From: a virus
DNA: 64,000 nucleotides
IMG/VR virus record: IMGVR_UViG_3300027733_000001
Strand: one strand, 5' to 3'
A model generated the notes under the pieces. That model was not told the DNA's origin and did not search any database. It saw nothing but the letters and a program-made list of their open reading frames with translations. Numbering within the stretch: the first letter of the stretch is position 1; each line of letters begins with the position of its first letter. Below are positions 46,603-55,319 of this stretch, piece after piece. The translations under genes were made by a program, and so were the position numbers.

Positions 46603-46632
46603 ATTATAGCTCTTAATGAGCCGCCTGGTCGA
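46603..46632 (-). promoter_or_regulatory. Putative sigma70 promoter for the Ubl gene
   Basis: TCGACC-N18-TATAAT upstream of the AC-rich leader. Confidence 0.5.
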
Positions 46633-46654
46633 TTGTTTTGTTCTGGGGATACAA

Positions 46655-47377
46655 TTACCTATGAATAGGAAACTGTATGTGGCGGATATTGCCGGATTTT
46701 AAAGGCCGGTCAATGCAAGCTCGGCATCTTGAGCATGCTCCCTGTTTGTCTATATTTTTTGTCTTTCCGGTTACTTCAGGACAGACCAGTAACGATCTAT
46801 CCCTAGGAAACAGCGGAGGGACATTATCACCCATCCATGCAACAGATATGTTTGGATGGGTTTTAAAGACGTCGTATGTTTTAAGTACTTCATCTTTATT
46901 GTCTTCGTCGCAACTCAATAACAATGTCAGGTTTCTGGTTCCTGCAAGTATAGGTACGGCGAAAAGGCTTCGGGTGTATACCCAAAAATGTATCTGCTGA
47001 AAAGCATCGATGACTGTCTTCCAGGCGTTGACGTAGTTCTCGTTAAAGAATTCTCCGCCTGTATGTATTCGGAAGTAAGGCTGTATATGCCCAGTATCAT
47101 AGTACCATTTTTTGACACTATTGTTGATCACTTCAATCTGTTCCGCTACGGGCTTCTCCCATACAAGGTCTTTGTTATAGTCCTCGTTAGCTTTGTAGTG
47201 CTTATATATCCTACGCAGCGTAGCATCATAGCATACCTTCAGGCAGGCTTCCGTGGCATGTACACATGTACCACCATCTTCTACCCTACCTTGAGATATA
47301 CTGAACGTATTGTTATGTTTGTCGAAAAATCTGACTTTGCTGTTATTAGTCAGCTTAAAGCTTGGACATTTATTCAT
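46655..47377 (-). CDS. Gp88-like radical-SAM-related Fe-S protein
   Basis: Start MNKCP at 47377; TCx6Cx3CY, FRIHTGGEF, FWVYTRS, CP...CxxCxxC. Confidence 0.72.
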   Translation of the reverse strand: MNKCPSFKLTNNSKVRFFDKHNNTFSISQGRVEDGGTCVHATEACLKVCYDATLRRIYKHYKANEDYNKDLVWEKPVAEQIEVINNSVKKWYYDTGHIQPYFRIHTGGEFFNENYVNAWKTVIDAFQQIHFWVYTRSLFAVPILAGTRNLTLLLSCDEDNKDEVLKTYDVFKTHPNISVAWMGDNVPPLFPRDRSLLVCPEVTGKTKNIDKQGACSRCRACIDRPLKSGNIRHIQFPIHR

Positions 47378-47378
47378 A

Positions 47379-50072
47379 TCAAGCTTTCCACTCCCAGGTA
47401 CTCTTTTCAAAGTTCCAGGCAGTTTCTTTTTCGAACACTTTTTCCTTACCCTTCCAACGATCCATAATAGCTAGCTCACAGCCTACGTTATCGCCTGTAG
47501 CCAGCTTTGTCTGGTGACAGAAGACATGCTTCAGGACTTCCTGGATATAATTATCTTTGCACAGGTCTTTGTGTACTGCCCAATAGCCTGCATCATGTAC
47601 AGTATTTATCGGGTAGATATACTTCATCCACAGTCCTTCCTTTTTAAGGACGTTTTTCAGATTTACCGAAGCCTCCCACATGAACCAGGCAAGTTCACTA
47701 GCTACAGGGAAAGCCAGGCTCTCATTCATCCATCCTGCAAGGATACCGAAGTTATCAGTGGACTCATAGTTCAATACAAGCCCTCTAGCATTCGTGATAC
47801 GCTGATTGTTTTTTACTTCATTCGTGCATCTATCACGATATTGCATATACCTCTTATATCTGCCCCAGGTTTCCAATGCATACTCTAGTGTAGCCAGACC
47901 TACATGTAGACCGTTCTCTGCATAGATATCAGCCTGGATAGGCATGGCGGCAAACTTCAAACCGGCAGTATAGGACACCCTGAAAGTAATACTTTTCGCG
48001 ATAACATACTTACTCACGTCTTTTTTAGTGAGAGTGTGATCGTTAAAGTATTCTCGCATCTTGGTCTGATGGAAGTTGCCTGCTCTAATGTCATGGATGA
48101 AATCTTCATCCTGACTCAGAAACGCCATAATCGCCAAGTCTGCCCCGGCGACGTCAAGCTCACACCAATGATAGTCTGGACTACCTGTGCAGAATATGTT
48201 CCTGATGTTCTTCGGTAGTTTATGCTCCAGCTTTTTCTGTTCGTCACTATTGAGTTTTCCATATCCAGGTATGAAAATATCTGGAATATAGGCCAACACT
48301 TTCGAGGCAGGATTTTGTACATTAGGACTGCTACTCGCCCTGAAGTTCTTCAAGCATTCAAAGAAGCTTGCATGTACTTTACCGTCATTACATATGGCCG
48401 CCCAATAGCTCTGCTTTAACGGCTCATCCATGTCCTCGTCAAGGTCACTATCAGTGTCTAATACCACACCTTTCCTGCTGAGGAACTTTGTGGCGAAAAC
48501 CCCTAGTCGACCCACACTGAGTAACAACTCAATAGCTTTATATACTGCCTGAACAGGCTCATAGTCAGGCTCTTTATCTAGTAGCTCCTCTAACTGGAAC
48601 TTAATAGTGGCCAAACTTTTGCTGTTTGTGCTTGGAGCATACATCTGTTGTGTTTGAGGCTTTTGGTTGTCGTACCAGGCCTTGCTTTTTGGACTTTTAC
48701 CTGCCTTTGTATAATAGGCAGGCTCCACATTTAAGACCTCAAACAGCAGGTGTTTCTTCTGTGCAGAACTATTCGGATTAAAGTCCTCAACATTGAACCT
48801 GTCTTTCAGATAGTCTACCAGCGTCTTCTTTAGCTCCTCGTATTTGACGCTGTACTTCTCTGTGATATCGTTCAGCACATTTTTATCTACAGCTATACCT
48901 GTCAACTCCATGTCTGTGAAGTAATGGGTTAGCGGCAGATAAATATCGTAGTATACGGACTTCAGGTGTTCGGGGAACTGACGCATCATTCTAAGACACG
49001 CTTCTCGGTGACTCACAGCGTCACCAGCGCAATAGTAGTAGTAGATCTCGGGCTCCAGGAACTTCATCTTGGCCAACTCACTCTTGGCTAGTTTATGTTC
49101 CTTCATTTTCCTGTTTAGCGCTGTGTAGTACGGAGGGTAGTCTGTAAACATCTTGATACCTGTCTCCAATCCTTTACTCAGACGACTATCAAAAAACGCT
49201 ACAGCCTTCATGCCGTCGAAGGCCAGCGTTTCGTCAGGAAGTTTGAACCCTCTGTGTCGCAACCTAAGGTCGTCAGCACGGATATTCCAGCCCAGTCTCT
49301 TTGCATCAGGATGCTCTAGCAGAAGCTTCATGGTGTCTAGAAGCTCTCTATTCTCTGTGACTCCGTCCTTGCTGATATTCAATACTATCGCCAAATCTTT
49401 CTGACAGCAGTACTGAAACTCGTACATTACTTCATCATCAGTGAATTTGCTACCGAACCACTCAGCGTCATAACCTACAGTAAGCATTCCCTTATCTATG
49501 TACTGCTGCAATATTCTAGTATTTTCAGCAGGGTCATCGACAATGATATACTTATACTCCTCGTATTTCAGGTTGTTATCCAGTACCCGTTTTGCGAGGA
49601 GAAAGTTCTCTCTGAACTCAGGACGTTTTGTAGGGTCCATCGCCACCAGCATACCAGGCGCATAGTTAGCTAGCACTTTGCCGTACGGGGTGTCGGTAAC
49701 TTCTCCAATATAGTCTCCCATCTTTATATTAGAGCGCATGATACGCTTGAAGACTTCTGCACCTAGAGGAATAATGAGTTTTGGTTTAATTGCCTCAATC
49801 TCTCTATCCAGCTCCTCGCGCCATTCCTCAATGTCTTCTGCAGAAGGCTTACTCTTGCTACCTATGCCGTGCTTGACCATGCCTGTGAAATGTACATTTT
49901 CTAACGGAATACCTGCGGCATTCAGTGCATTGTGCACTTCATCGGCAGCAAAGCCTTTCTTACCAAAAGCTCTGGCTTCCAGGTCGTCCTTATTAGGATG
50001 ACTGAACACTATCAGAAGCTCTGGTGAGCAGCCTTCAGCTACGGGTGTTTCTATCTTTACTTTAATAGCCAT
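47379..50072 (-). CDS. Family A DNA polymerase with N-terminal UDG-like and 3'-5' exonuclease domains
   Basis: UDG-like fold (KPKLIIPLG); Exo YDAE, WNIRADD, YCAGD; Pol motifs DVAGADL, AKSITFRVSY, VHDA. Confidence 0.92.
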   Translation of the reverse strand: MAIKVKIETPVAEGCSPELLIVFSHPNKDDLEARAFGKKGFAADEVHNALNAAGIPLENVHFTGMVKHGIGSKSKPSAEDIEEWREELDREIEAIKPKLIIPLGAEVFKRIMRSNIKMGDYIGEVTDTPYGKVLANYAPGMLVAMDPTKRPEFRENFLLAKRVLDNNLKYEEYKYIIVDDPAENTRILQQYIDKGMLTVGYDAEWFGSKFTDDEVMYEFQYCCQKDLAIVLNISKDGVTENRELLDTMKLLLEHPDAKRLGWNIRADDLRLRHRGFKLPDETLAFDGMKAVAFFDSRLSKGLETGIKMFTDYPPYYTALNRKMKEHKLAKSELAKMKFLEPEIYYYYCAGDAVSHREACLRMMRQFPEHLKSVYYDIYLPLTHYFTDMELTGIAVDKNVLNDITEKYSVKYEELKKTLVDYLKDRFNVEDFNPNSSAQKKHLLFEVLNVEPAYYTKAGKSPKSKAWYDNQKPQTQQMYAPSTNSKSLATIKFQLEELLDKEPDYEPVQAVYKAIELLLSVGRLGVFATKFLSRKGVVLDTDSDLDEDMDEPLKQSYWAAICNDGKVHASFFECLKNFRASSSPNVQNPASKVLAYIPDIFIPGYGKLNSDEQKKLEHKLPKNIRNIFCTGSPDYHWCELDVAGADLAIMAFLSQDEDFIHDIRAGNFHQTKMREYFNDHTLTKKDVSKYVIAKSITFRVSYTAGLKFAAMPIQADIYAENGLHVGLATLEYALETWGRYKRYMQYRDRCTNEVKNNQRITNARGLVLNYESTDNFGILAGWMNESLAFPVASELAWFMWEASVNLKNVLKKEGLWMKYIYPINTVHDAGYWAVHKDLCKDNYIQEVLKHVFCHQTKLATGDNVGCELAIMDRWKGKEKVFEKETAWNFEKSTWEWKA

Positions 50073-50073
50073 A

Positions 50074-50544
50074 TTAAGTTTCCATACCGTCGAAGGAGAG
50101 ACATCCTGCGACAGTGTCTATGATATAGTTTCCGAAGGTTAGTATTCCATCCCGAGTAAAGCACAATGTCTCTTCAGGGAAATCTACTAAACGCCCAACA
50201 TTAGCTATATCTGCTTCTGGAGCGTATTCGTGAGGTACAAGACCTAATAGTCCTGAGTCTACAGTATAATTACCGCCCAGTTGATCTGTATAGCCGCCAT
50301 CTCCACAATGTGTAGAGAACGATAATACTTTCATTCCGTTAGGCAGCGCTGTGTAATGTCCATTGAGTGTACAGTCTAACGCTGTAGTCGTTTCCTGTGC
50401 GCCTAGCGATTTATATTCTTCGCTTTCTAGCGCACATGCCTGTAAATAAGCAGACCAATCAGCACTATCAGTGATTACATAGCACGGATCAGTCAGCCAG
50501 TATTTTCCTGGCGGTACAATGAACGAACGATATACATTTTTCAT
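50074..50544 (-). CDS. Conserved phage hypothetical protein
   Basis: DPCYV, GDGGY, VDSGLLG. Confidence 0.7.
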   Translation of the reverse strand: MKNVYRSFIVPPGKYWLTDPCYVITDSADWSAYLQACALESEEYKSLGAQETTTALDCTLNGHYTALPNGMKVLSFSTHCGDGGYTDQLGGNYTVDSGLLGLVPHEYAPEADIANVGRLVDFPEETLCFTRDGILTFGNYIIDTVAGCLSFDGMET

Positions 50545-50546
50545 AT

Positions 50547-51962
50547 CTATACTAGTGAATGGAATCCTGTACCCGGGGAAGGTAGGAAATCCGTGTTTTT
50601 AGCTGGGATATTTTCAAAATTGCTTTTACCCATCTTTTGTTTCTTGTCCGCAGTTTCCTCTTTTGAGCGGGCTTCGGCTCCTTTTTCCTGATACTCAAAA
50701 TTCATAAATTCCAGCTCTGCTAGATAGTCGAGACGGAAGTTTTTTGCGTGTCGGGATTTTATGGAGAATATACTGACTATACTGTCCTGAGGACTGTCGC
50801 GACCTATAGCCAAAACCATATCTGCAGGACGCAGAATGCCTTTGAAGCCACTGATCTCGTCGTTACTGAACGACCTCTTCATCTTTCCCCCTGCCTGATG
50901 AAGCAACCACACACTGAACATATGTTTACCACCTATCAAATGGTTCGATAAATCATCCACCTCAAAGGCTACTTTACTATATCTTTGCCAGTCTGCATCA
51001 AACTTAGCAGATGTGGTGAGATAGTCCATCTGATCAATATATACCAGGTCTGGATGCCAGCCTTTTTCCTCGTAAAGCTGATCAAGATAATTGGCTATAT
51101 ATTGTGCTGTGACTGGTGCAGCACTACGTAAATCATGCACTTTTAAATGTTCAGCAGCCAGTTTATCGTCTTCTGTTCTGTTTGCATGAGCTGTCCTAAG
51201 ATCTTGTTGCGCGAAAGTGCAGCCTCTATGTAGAGAGGTATACGGTATTCGATACAGGTTGCTATATATGCGGTTGCAGATGTTTACCGCAGGCTCCTCG
51301 ATACTCAGATACAGCACATTTCTTTTCTGTCTGGCGTTTTGTATTGCACTATATGTGCCCATGGCTGTTTTGCCGCTGCCTGAGTGTCCTAGAATTATCC
51401 CGTATTCCTGGTATCCTAGCCCTTGAGCAACAGCGTCAACCATGCCAAAACCTGTACCCATGGTTTCTCGATGCTCTACGAAAACCAATTCCTGCAGAGG
51501 GCAGTACTCTTTGATACCTTCCGCAGAATTTTTAAGGTCTAGATCGTTTACCAGCTTCGAAGCTGCACTAACCAGCTCCCTAGGGTTATTGGCTTTATCT
51601 ATTTTTAGAGTTTGGAACCTTCTGAACGCTATAAAGTCTGGTAGGTTTTTTAAGACATACTCTGCACCCAATGGTACAGCATCGTCATATAGGTATTCCC
51701 AGAACCCTAGTACTTGCGACATATCAGAAATGCCGCTTCCTCGTTTAGATAACTCCGGTTTTACCTCAAGTAAACATACCTGAGGATTGATAGGTGCATA
51801 GCCTATCTTCATAGCTGCAGCTACAAAAGCGTTGTAGATATTAAGTGTACCGAAATCCTCAGGTACGACCTTGAGATCTATAGCCTTCAGCATCACGCTT
51901 CGATCCCTATACAGGCATTTTATAACCAGCTCAATATATTCTGCTTCGTTGTATTTTTCCAT
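50547..51962 (-). CDS. DnaB-like replicative helicase
   Basis: GHSGSGKT, LSIEE, YIDQMDYL, LLHQ, ADMVLAIGR, IKSRH. Confidence 0.9.
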   Translation of the reverse strand: MEKYNEAEYIELVIKCLYRDRSVMLKAIDLKVVPEDFGTLNIYNAFVAAAMKIGYAPINPQVCLLEVKPELSKRGSGISDMSQVLGFWEYLYDDAVPLGAEYVLKNLPDFIAFRRFQTLKIDKANNPRELVSAASKLVNDLDLKNSAEGIKEYCPLQELVFVEHRETMGTGFGMVDAVAQGLGYQEYGIILGHSGSGKTAMGTYSAIQNARQKRNVLYLSIEEPAVNICNRIYSNLYRIPYTSLHRGCTFAQQDLRTAHANRTEDDKLAAEHLKVHDLRSAAPVTAQYIANYLDQLYEEKGWHPDLVYIDQMDYLTTSAKFDADWQRYSKVAFEVDDLSNHLIGGKHMFSVWLLHQAGGKMKRSFSNDEISGFKGILRPADMVLAIGRDSPQDSIVSIFSIKSRHAKNFRLDYLAELEFMNFEYQEKGAEARSKEETADKKQKMGKSNFENIPAKNTDFLPSPGTGFHSLV

Positions 51963-51963
51963 A

Positions 51964-52530
51964 TTAGCCGAGTATTCTATCTATATCCATCCCTCTTCTT
52001 TTTGCGAAATCTATAATTTCCGATGTCAGCTCTTCCCTAGCAATATGCTTATATTTAGCTATCACGGGCTCATACCTGTCAGGCGTAGATAAAATTCTGA
52101 ACCATGCGAAAAACTTCAAGCTAGAGTTCATCAGCACTGCACCAGAATCTTCTCCATTTCTGATATAGATCATCGCCAGGGATTTTTGCTGATTCCATAT
52201 ATCTTCAGGTTTTATAGTGGCATTGGTTATTTCCACTACATAAGTACTGGGTTCTTTTTTCCTGTTCTCTAGAAGATGTATGGCTTTCGGTCCCTGCAAA
52301 TGCATAGGGGCAAAAAACTCGCGCTTGTCACCCATCATATCATACATCATCTGCACATATGAGCCTGCATCTAACTCATATTGCTTACATAGAGTCGCTG
52401 CGTTCTTGAACAGCTTGTCTTCAGCGGTGCTGTTGCAGTATCTAAAATTTTTCAGCGACAGTCTTTTCTTTTCAGAGTAATGATGTATTAGGTCTTCTAT
52501 CAGTCTTGGATCAGTTTCTTGAATATCCAT
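51964..52530 (-). CDS. Hypothetical protein between primase and helicase
   Basis: Start MDIQE at 52530. Confidence 0.65.
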   Translation of the reverse strand: MDIQETDPRLIEDLIHHYSEKKRLSLKNFRYCNSTAEDKLFKNAATLCKQYELDAGSYVQMMYDMMGDKREFFAPMHLQGPKAIHLLENRKKEPSTYVVEITNATIKPEDIWNQQKSLAMIYIRNGEDSGAVLMNSSLKFFAWFRILSTPDRYEPVIAKYKHIAREELTSEIIDFAKRRGMDIDRILG

Positions 52531-53431
52531 GTTCTTGTTTGATGATTTCTTGGAGCTGTTCCGTAGTGGTGTCGTCTGGAGATTCAAACCCATATTTTCG
52601 CAGGTCGATGTTTACACATTTCCTACCGTTAGATTTGAACTCTTGCTGAATTTCTCTAGCCAGCTCCTGTGTCTTGTCTTCGCCGTCAAGCACCAGAGTG
52701 ATTGTGCGCCATTCTTGGATCAGTTGTTTTTGATTGGCTGAAATACCTTTCCCCAGTGTTGCAACAGCGTTTGCCAGCTTCAAAGCCTTTTTTACACCCT
52801 CTACAACCACCACATCCTTATACTGTCTCGCGAAATGGTAGTTGAAAATATGATCCCCTTTAGGGAACAGGTGCATATAGCGCATGAATTGAAACCTGTC
52901 GCCGTTCCATGTACCTGGTATGAAACGTAGCTGCCAGCCCGCATAGCTCTGATCTTTACCAAAAATCGGGAAGAACAAACTGTCTGCGGTATTCACTGTG
53001 AACCCGCTGTCGAACTCAATGTTCATTCCTCCTGTAGATGGAATGTAGCGAATACCTAGACTATCGTAGTAGGCAGTATTACTTAGGTGATCTTTGAGCA
53101 TGAACTGCATTACTGGGCGGTTTTCAGCAATAGAGCTCAATTTAACTGCCTCATTGTACGGCAGTATTTTAGCATACTTATATTCTACTTCCGGGCTGTC
53201 GTCAGCATTGTCACGCTCAAATATAACACCTTCTCCTAGCAGCTCGGCTATAGGTATAGTTTCCTCGCATATAAAGCAACGGCTTTCACTCCAGCCGGGG
53301 CTCAAATAGCGTTTCATTTTTTTGCCGTTTTTGGGATCGCAGGTGGGGCAGGGGATTCTGTAACCCCCTCCCGACACTGCTTTAACTTTCCCAAACTTAG
53401 TCTTTAGCAGATCTCGAACTCTTTGATTCAT
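52511..53431 (-). CDS. DNA primase (Zn finger plus TOPRIM)
   Basis: CPTC...CFIC, LFFPI, WQLR, VVEG, LDGED. Confidence 0.88.
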   Translation of the reverse strand: MNQRVRDLLKTKFGKVKAVSGGGYRIPCPTCDPKNGKKMKRYLSPGWSESRCFICEETIPIAELLGEGVIFERDNADDSPEVEYKYAKILPYNEAVKLSSIAENRPVMQFMLKDHLSNTAYYDSLGIRYIPSTGGMNIEFDSGFTVNTADSLFFPIFGKDQSYAGWQLRFIPGTWNGDRFQFMRYMHLFPKGDHIFNYHFARQYKDVVVVEGVKKALKLANAVATLGKGISANQKQLIQEWRTITLVLDGEDKTQELAREIQQEFKSNGRKCVNIDLRKYGFESPDDTTTEQLQEIIKQEHGYSRN

Positions 53432-53675
53432 CTTCGATTAGTTCTAGTAATCCCTCCCGAAACTTTCCATCAGTGAGATAATATATGTCATTTATTTCAG
53501 GCTCTGGGTTGCGTTTGTAATCTGGATGCACTCTCCAAGCATTGCTTAGAATTTGTCCAAGCCTCAGATATGGTCTCTCTACCCAATACTCACGCAAAGC
53601 GGCCATAGTATGCTCAACGTTTTCTAGGTTTCTCCTCAAGGCTTCTGCTTTCTCTTCTTTGGCACACTTGTTCAT
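53397..53675 (-). CDS. Small protein, YihD/DUF1040-like motif
   Basis: YWVERPYLRLGQIL. Confidence 0.5.
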   Translation of the reverse strand: MNKCAKEEKAEALRRNLENVEHTMAALREYWVERPYLRLGQILSNAWRVHPDYKRNPEPEINDIYYLTDGKFREGLLELIEDESKSSRSAKD

Positions 53676-55135
53676 TTTTTCGTGTAGTTGTTCCAGTCGA
53701 TCTGTTGAGGACTGTCTACGATTTTAACTGTCCAGCCCTGCTCTTCGTAATACTTTATACGCTTCTTGGCCATACCTTCGAGCATAGCATCATGGTTATC
53801 CATGAAGTCTACAAGCACGAAATGTGTTTTCGGAGGGAGACTATAGAGGTCCATATATTCTTGTGTCAGAATACGGCTACCTCTATAGGCTTCCTGCAAT
53901 ACTTCCACTTTGCTGGTTCCTCCGCTTGCCTGCACAACAACCCTACAATTAGGGATGTCTACGCCTGCCCTGAAAGCATCACTAGCTATAAGTATCTGGA
54001 ACTCATTATTGCTGAATTCTTGGATAGTCTTAGTCTGCTGCTTAGAACTTAGCGCGAAAGCACCGACCGCCTTCTTGCTGCTTTCCCTGTGTAGATATCT
54101 CGTGTCTGTTGGCATATACTTGAACATGGGTATGAGATGATCCTGCACATGATCAATAAACACAATTGTCTGCCATTCCTTAGGTATTAGCGCGCAAGTT
54201 CTACCTATCAGCTCGTTGCGCTTCTCGCACTTCTTTAGGTTATGCTTGAATTTGCTTTCGATGCTTGTGTAGTTTTCAGCTATCATGTTTTCAGGCATGC
54301 GTACCATATATACCATGCCTGGCACAACCGCACCAGCGTCCTGCGCTTCCTCGTAAGGGAAGTAGATCAAGTCTTCACCGAACAGCCCTTTCAATAGCTT
54401 GTCTGAGTTGTTAAACAATCCTTCTGTGGTGGCGCTGTAACCAAACATCCTATAGGGACGCATCTGCTTCAAGCAGTTCTGAAAGGATTCTTGGGAAGCA
54501 GACTGCATCTCGTCAACCAAGAGCATCTGACACTTCTCAAGGGCACAGCTTCCTAACGACCTGAATGTAGTTATGGTGATGTCGTTACTTACGTCATGAT
54601 TACCATCTCCAACCAGACCAATATGCTTGTCCGGGAAGAATTTTTTGAACTTCTCGTACGTCTGCAGCACCACCTGCTTTAGAGGAATAGCTAGAATAGT
54701 GTTCAGTTTGTTCCATGCGGCATAGGTTATGGCTTGAATATGTGTCTTACCAAACCCGCCAGTCGCATTGATTACCCCACTATCTTCTTTGCCCTTGAAT
54801 ATCAGATCCAGGGCAGCCTCTATCTGATAGTCTCTGAGCTTGATCTGTTTGATCGCTGTCCAGTCAGGTTCAGGCATCGGTGTGCGGTAGTCCATAATCT
54901 CCACCACATCCATATTCTTATGTATCAGTTTTGTCACATCCTGATAGAAGCCTGCAAGCGTATAGGCTGCACCTTCTGAATCTGAGGCATATAACAACTT
55001 CTCAGTGAATACAGTCTCTCGCTTGAAGTTCTGCGTCTTCATCTCCCTGTGATGGTACTTAAGGAAGCGATGCAAATATATAGGACATGGGGAGATCTTT
55101 AAGCCGCCATCGAATCTAGTCAGCTGTATTTTCAT
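53672..55135 (-). CDS. SF2 helicase (UvsW/XPB-like)
   Basis: LRDYQ, TGGFGKT, VDEMQ, SAT, FRAGVDIP, QEAYRGSR. Confidence 0.9.
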   Translation of the reverse strand: MKIQLTRFDGGLKISPCPIYLHRFLKYHHREMKTQNFKRETVFTEKLLYASDSEGAAYTLAGFYQDVTKLIHKNMDVVEIMDYRTPMPEPDWTAIKQIKLRDYQIEAALDLIFKGKEDSGVINATGGFGKTHIQAITYAAWNKLNTILAIPLKQVVLQTYEKFKKFFPDKHIGLVGDGNHDVSNDITITTFRSLGSCALEKCQMLLVDEMQSASQESFQNCLKQMRPYRMFGYSATTEGLFNNSDKLLKGLFGEDLIYFPYEEAQDAGAVVPGMVYMVRMPENMIAENYTSIESKFKHNLKKCEKRNELIGRTCALIPKEWQTIVFIDHVQDHLIPMFKYMPTDTRYLHRESSKKAVGAFALSSKQQTKTIQEFSNNEFQILIASDAFRAGVDIPNCRVVVQASGGTSKVEVLQEAYRGSRILTQEYMDLYSLPPKTHFVLVDFMDNHDAMLEGMAKKRIKYYEEQGWTVKIVDSPQQIDWNNYTKK

Positions 55136-55299
55136 TTCTTGGCTCGATGTATCCTTTTGCGTGTCTGAGGTTTCCGCTTTGGGCGATTTTTCTCAATCTG
55201 CTTATCTACCACCTCGACCAAGGTTTGCTTGGCGAGATCTTTTACATAGGTTGTCACCCCGGAGATAAGCTTGTCAATGAATGCGTTCTTATTTGTCAT
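55132..55299 (-). CDS. Small basic protein (55 aa, not in track)
   Basis: MTNKNAFIDK...RIHRAKK; ATGA overlap with the helicase start. Confidence 0.6.
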   Translation of the reverse strand: MTNKNAFIDKLISGVTTYVKDLAKQTLVEVVDKQIEKNRPKRKPQTRKRIHRAKK

Positions 55300-55319
55300 A
55301 ATTTCCTAGCTTGTGTAGG

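Noticed and set aside
42345-47377. Canonical E2 enzyme
   Set aside because: No YPxxPP/HPN...C pattern was found in any ORF by eye; a profile search is still needed.
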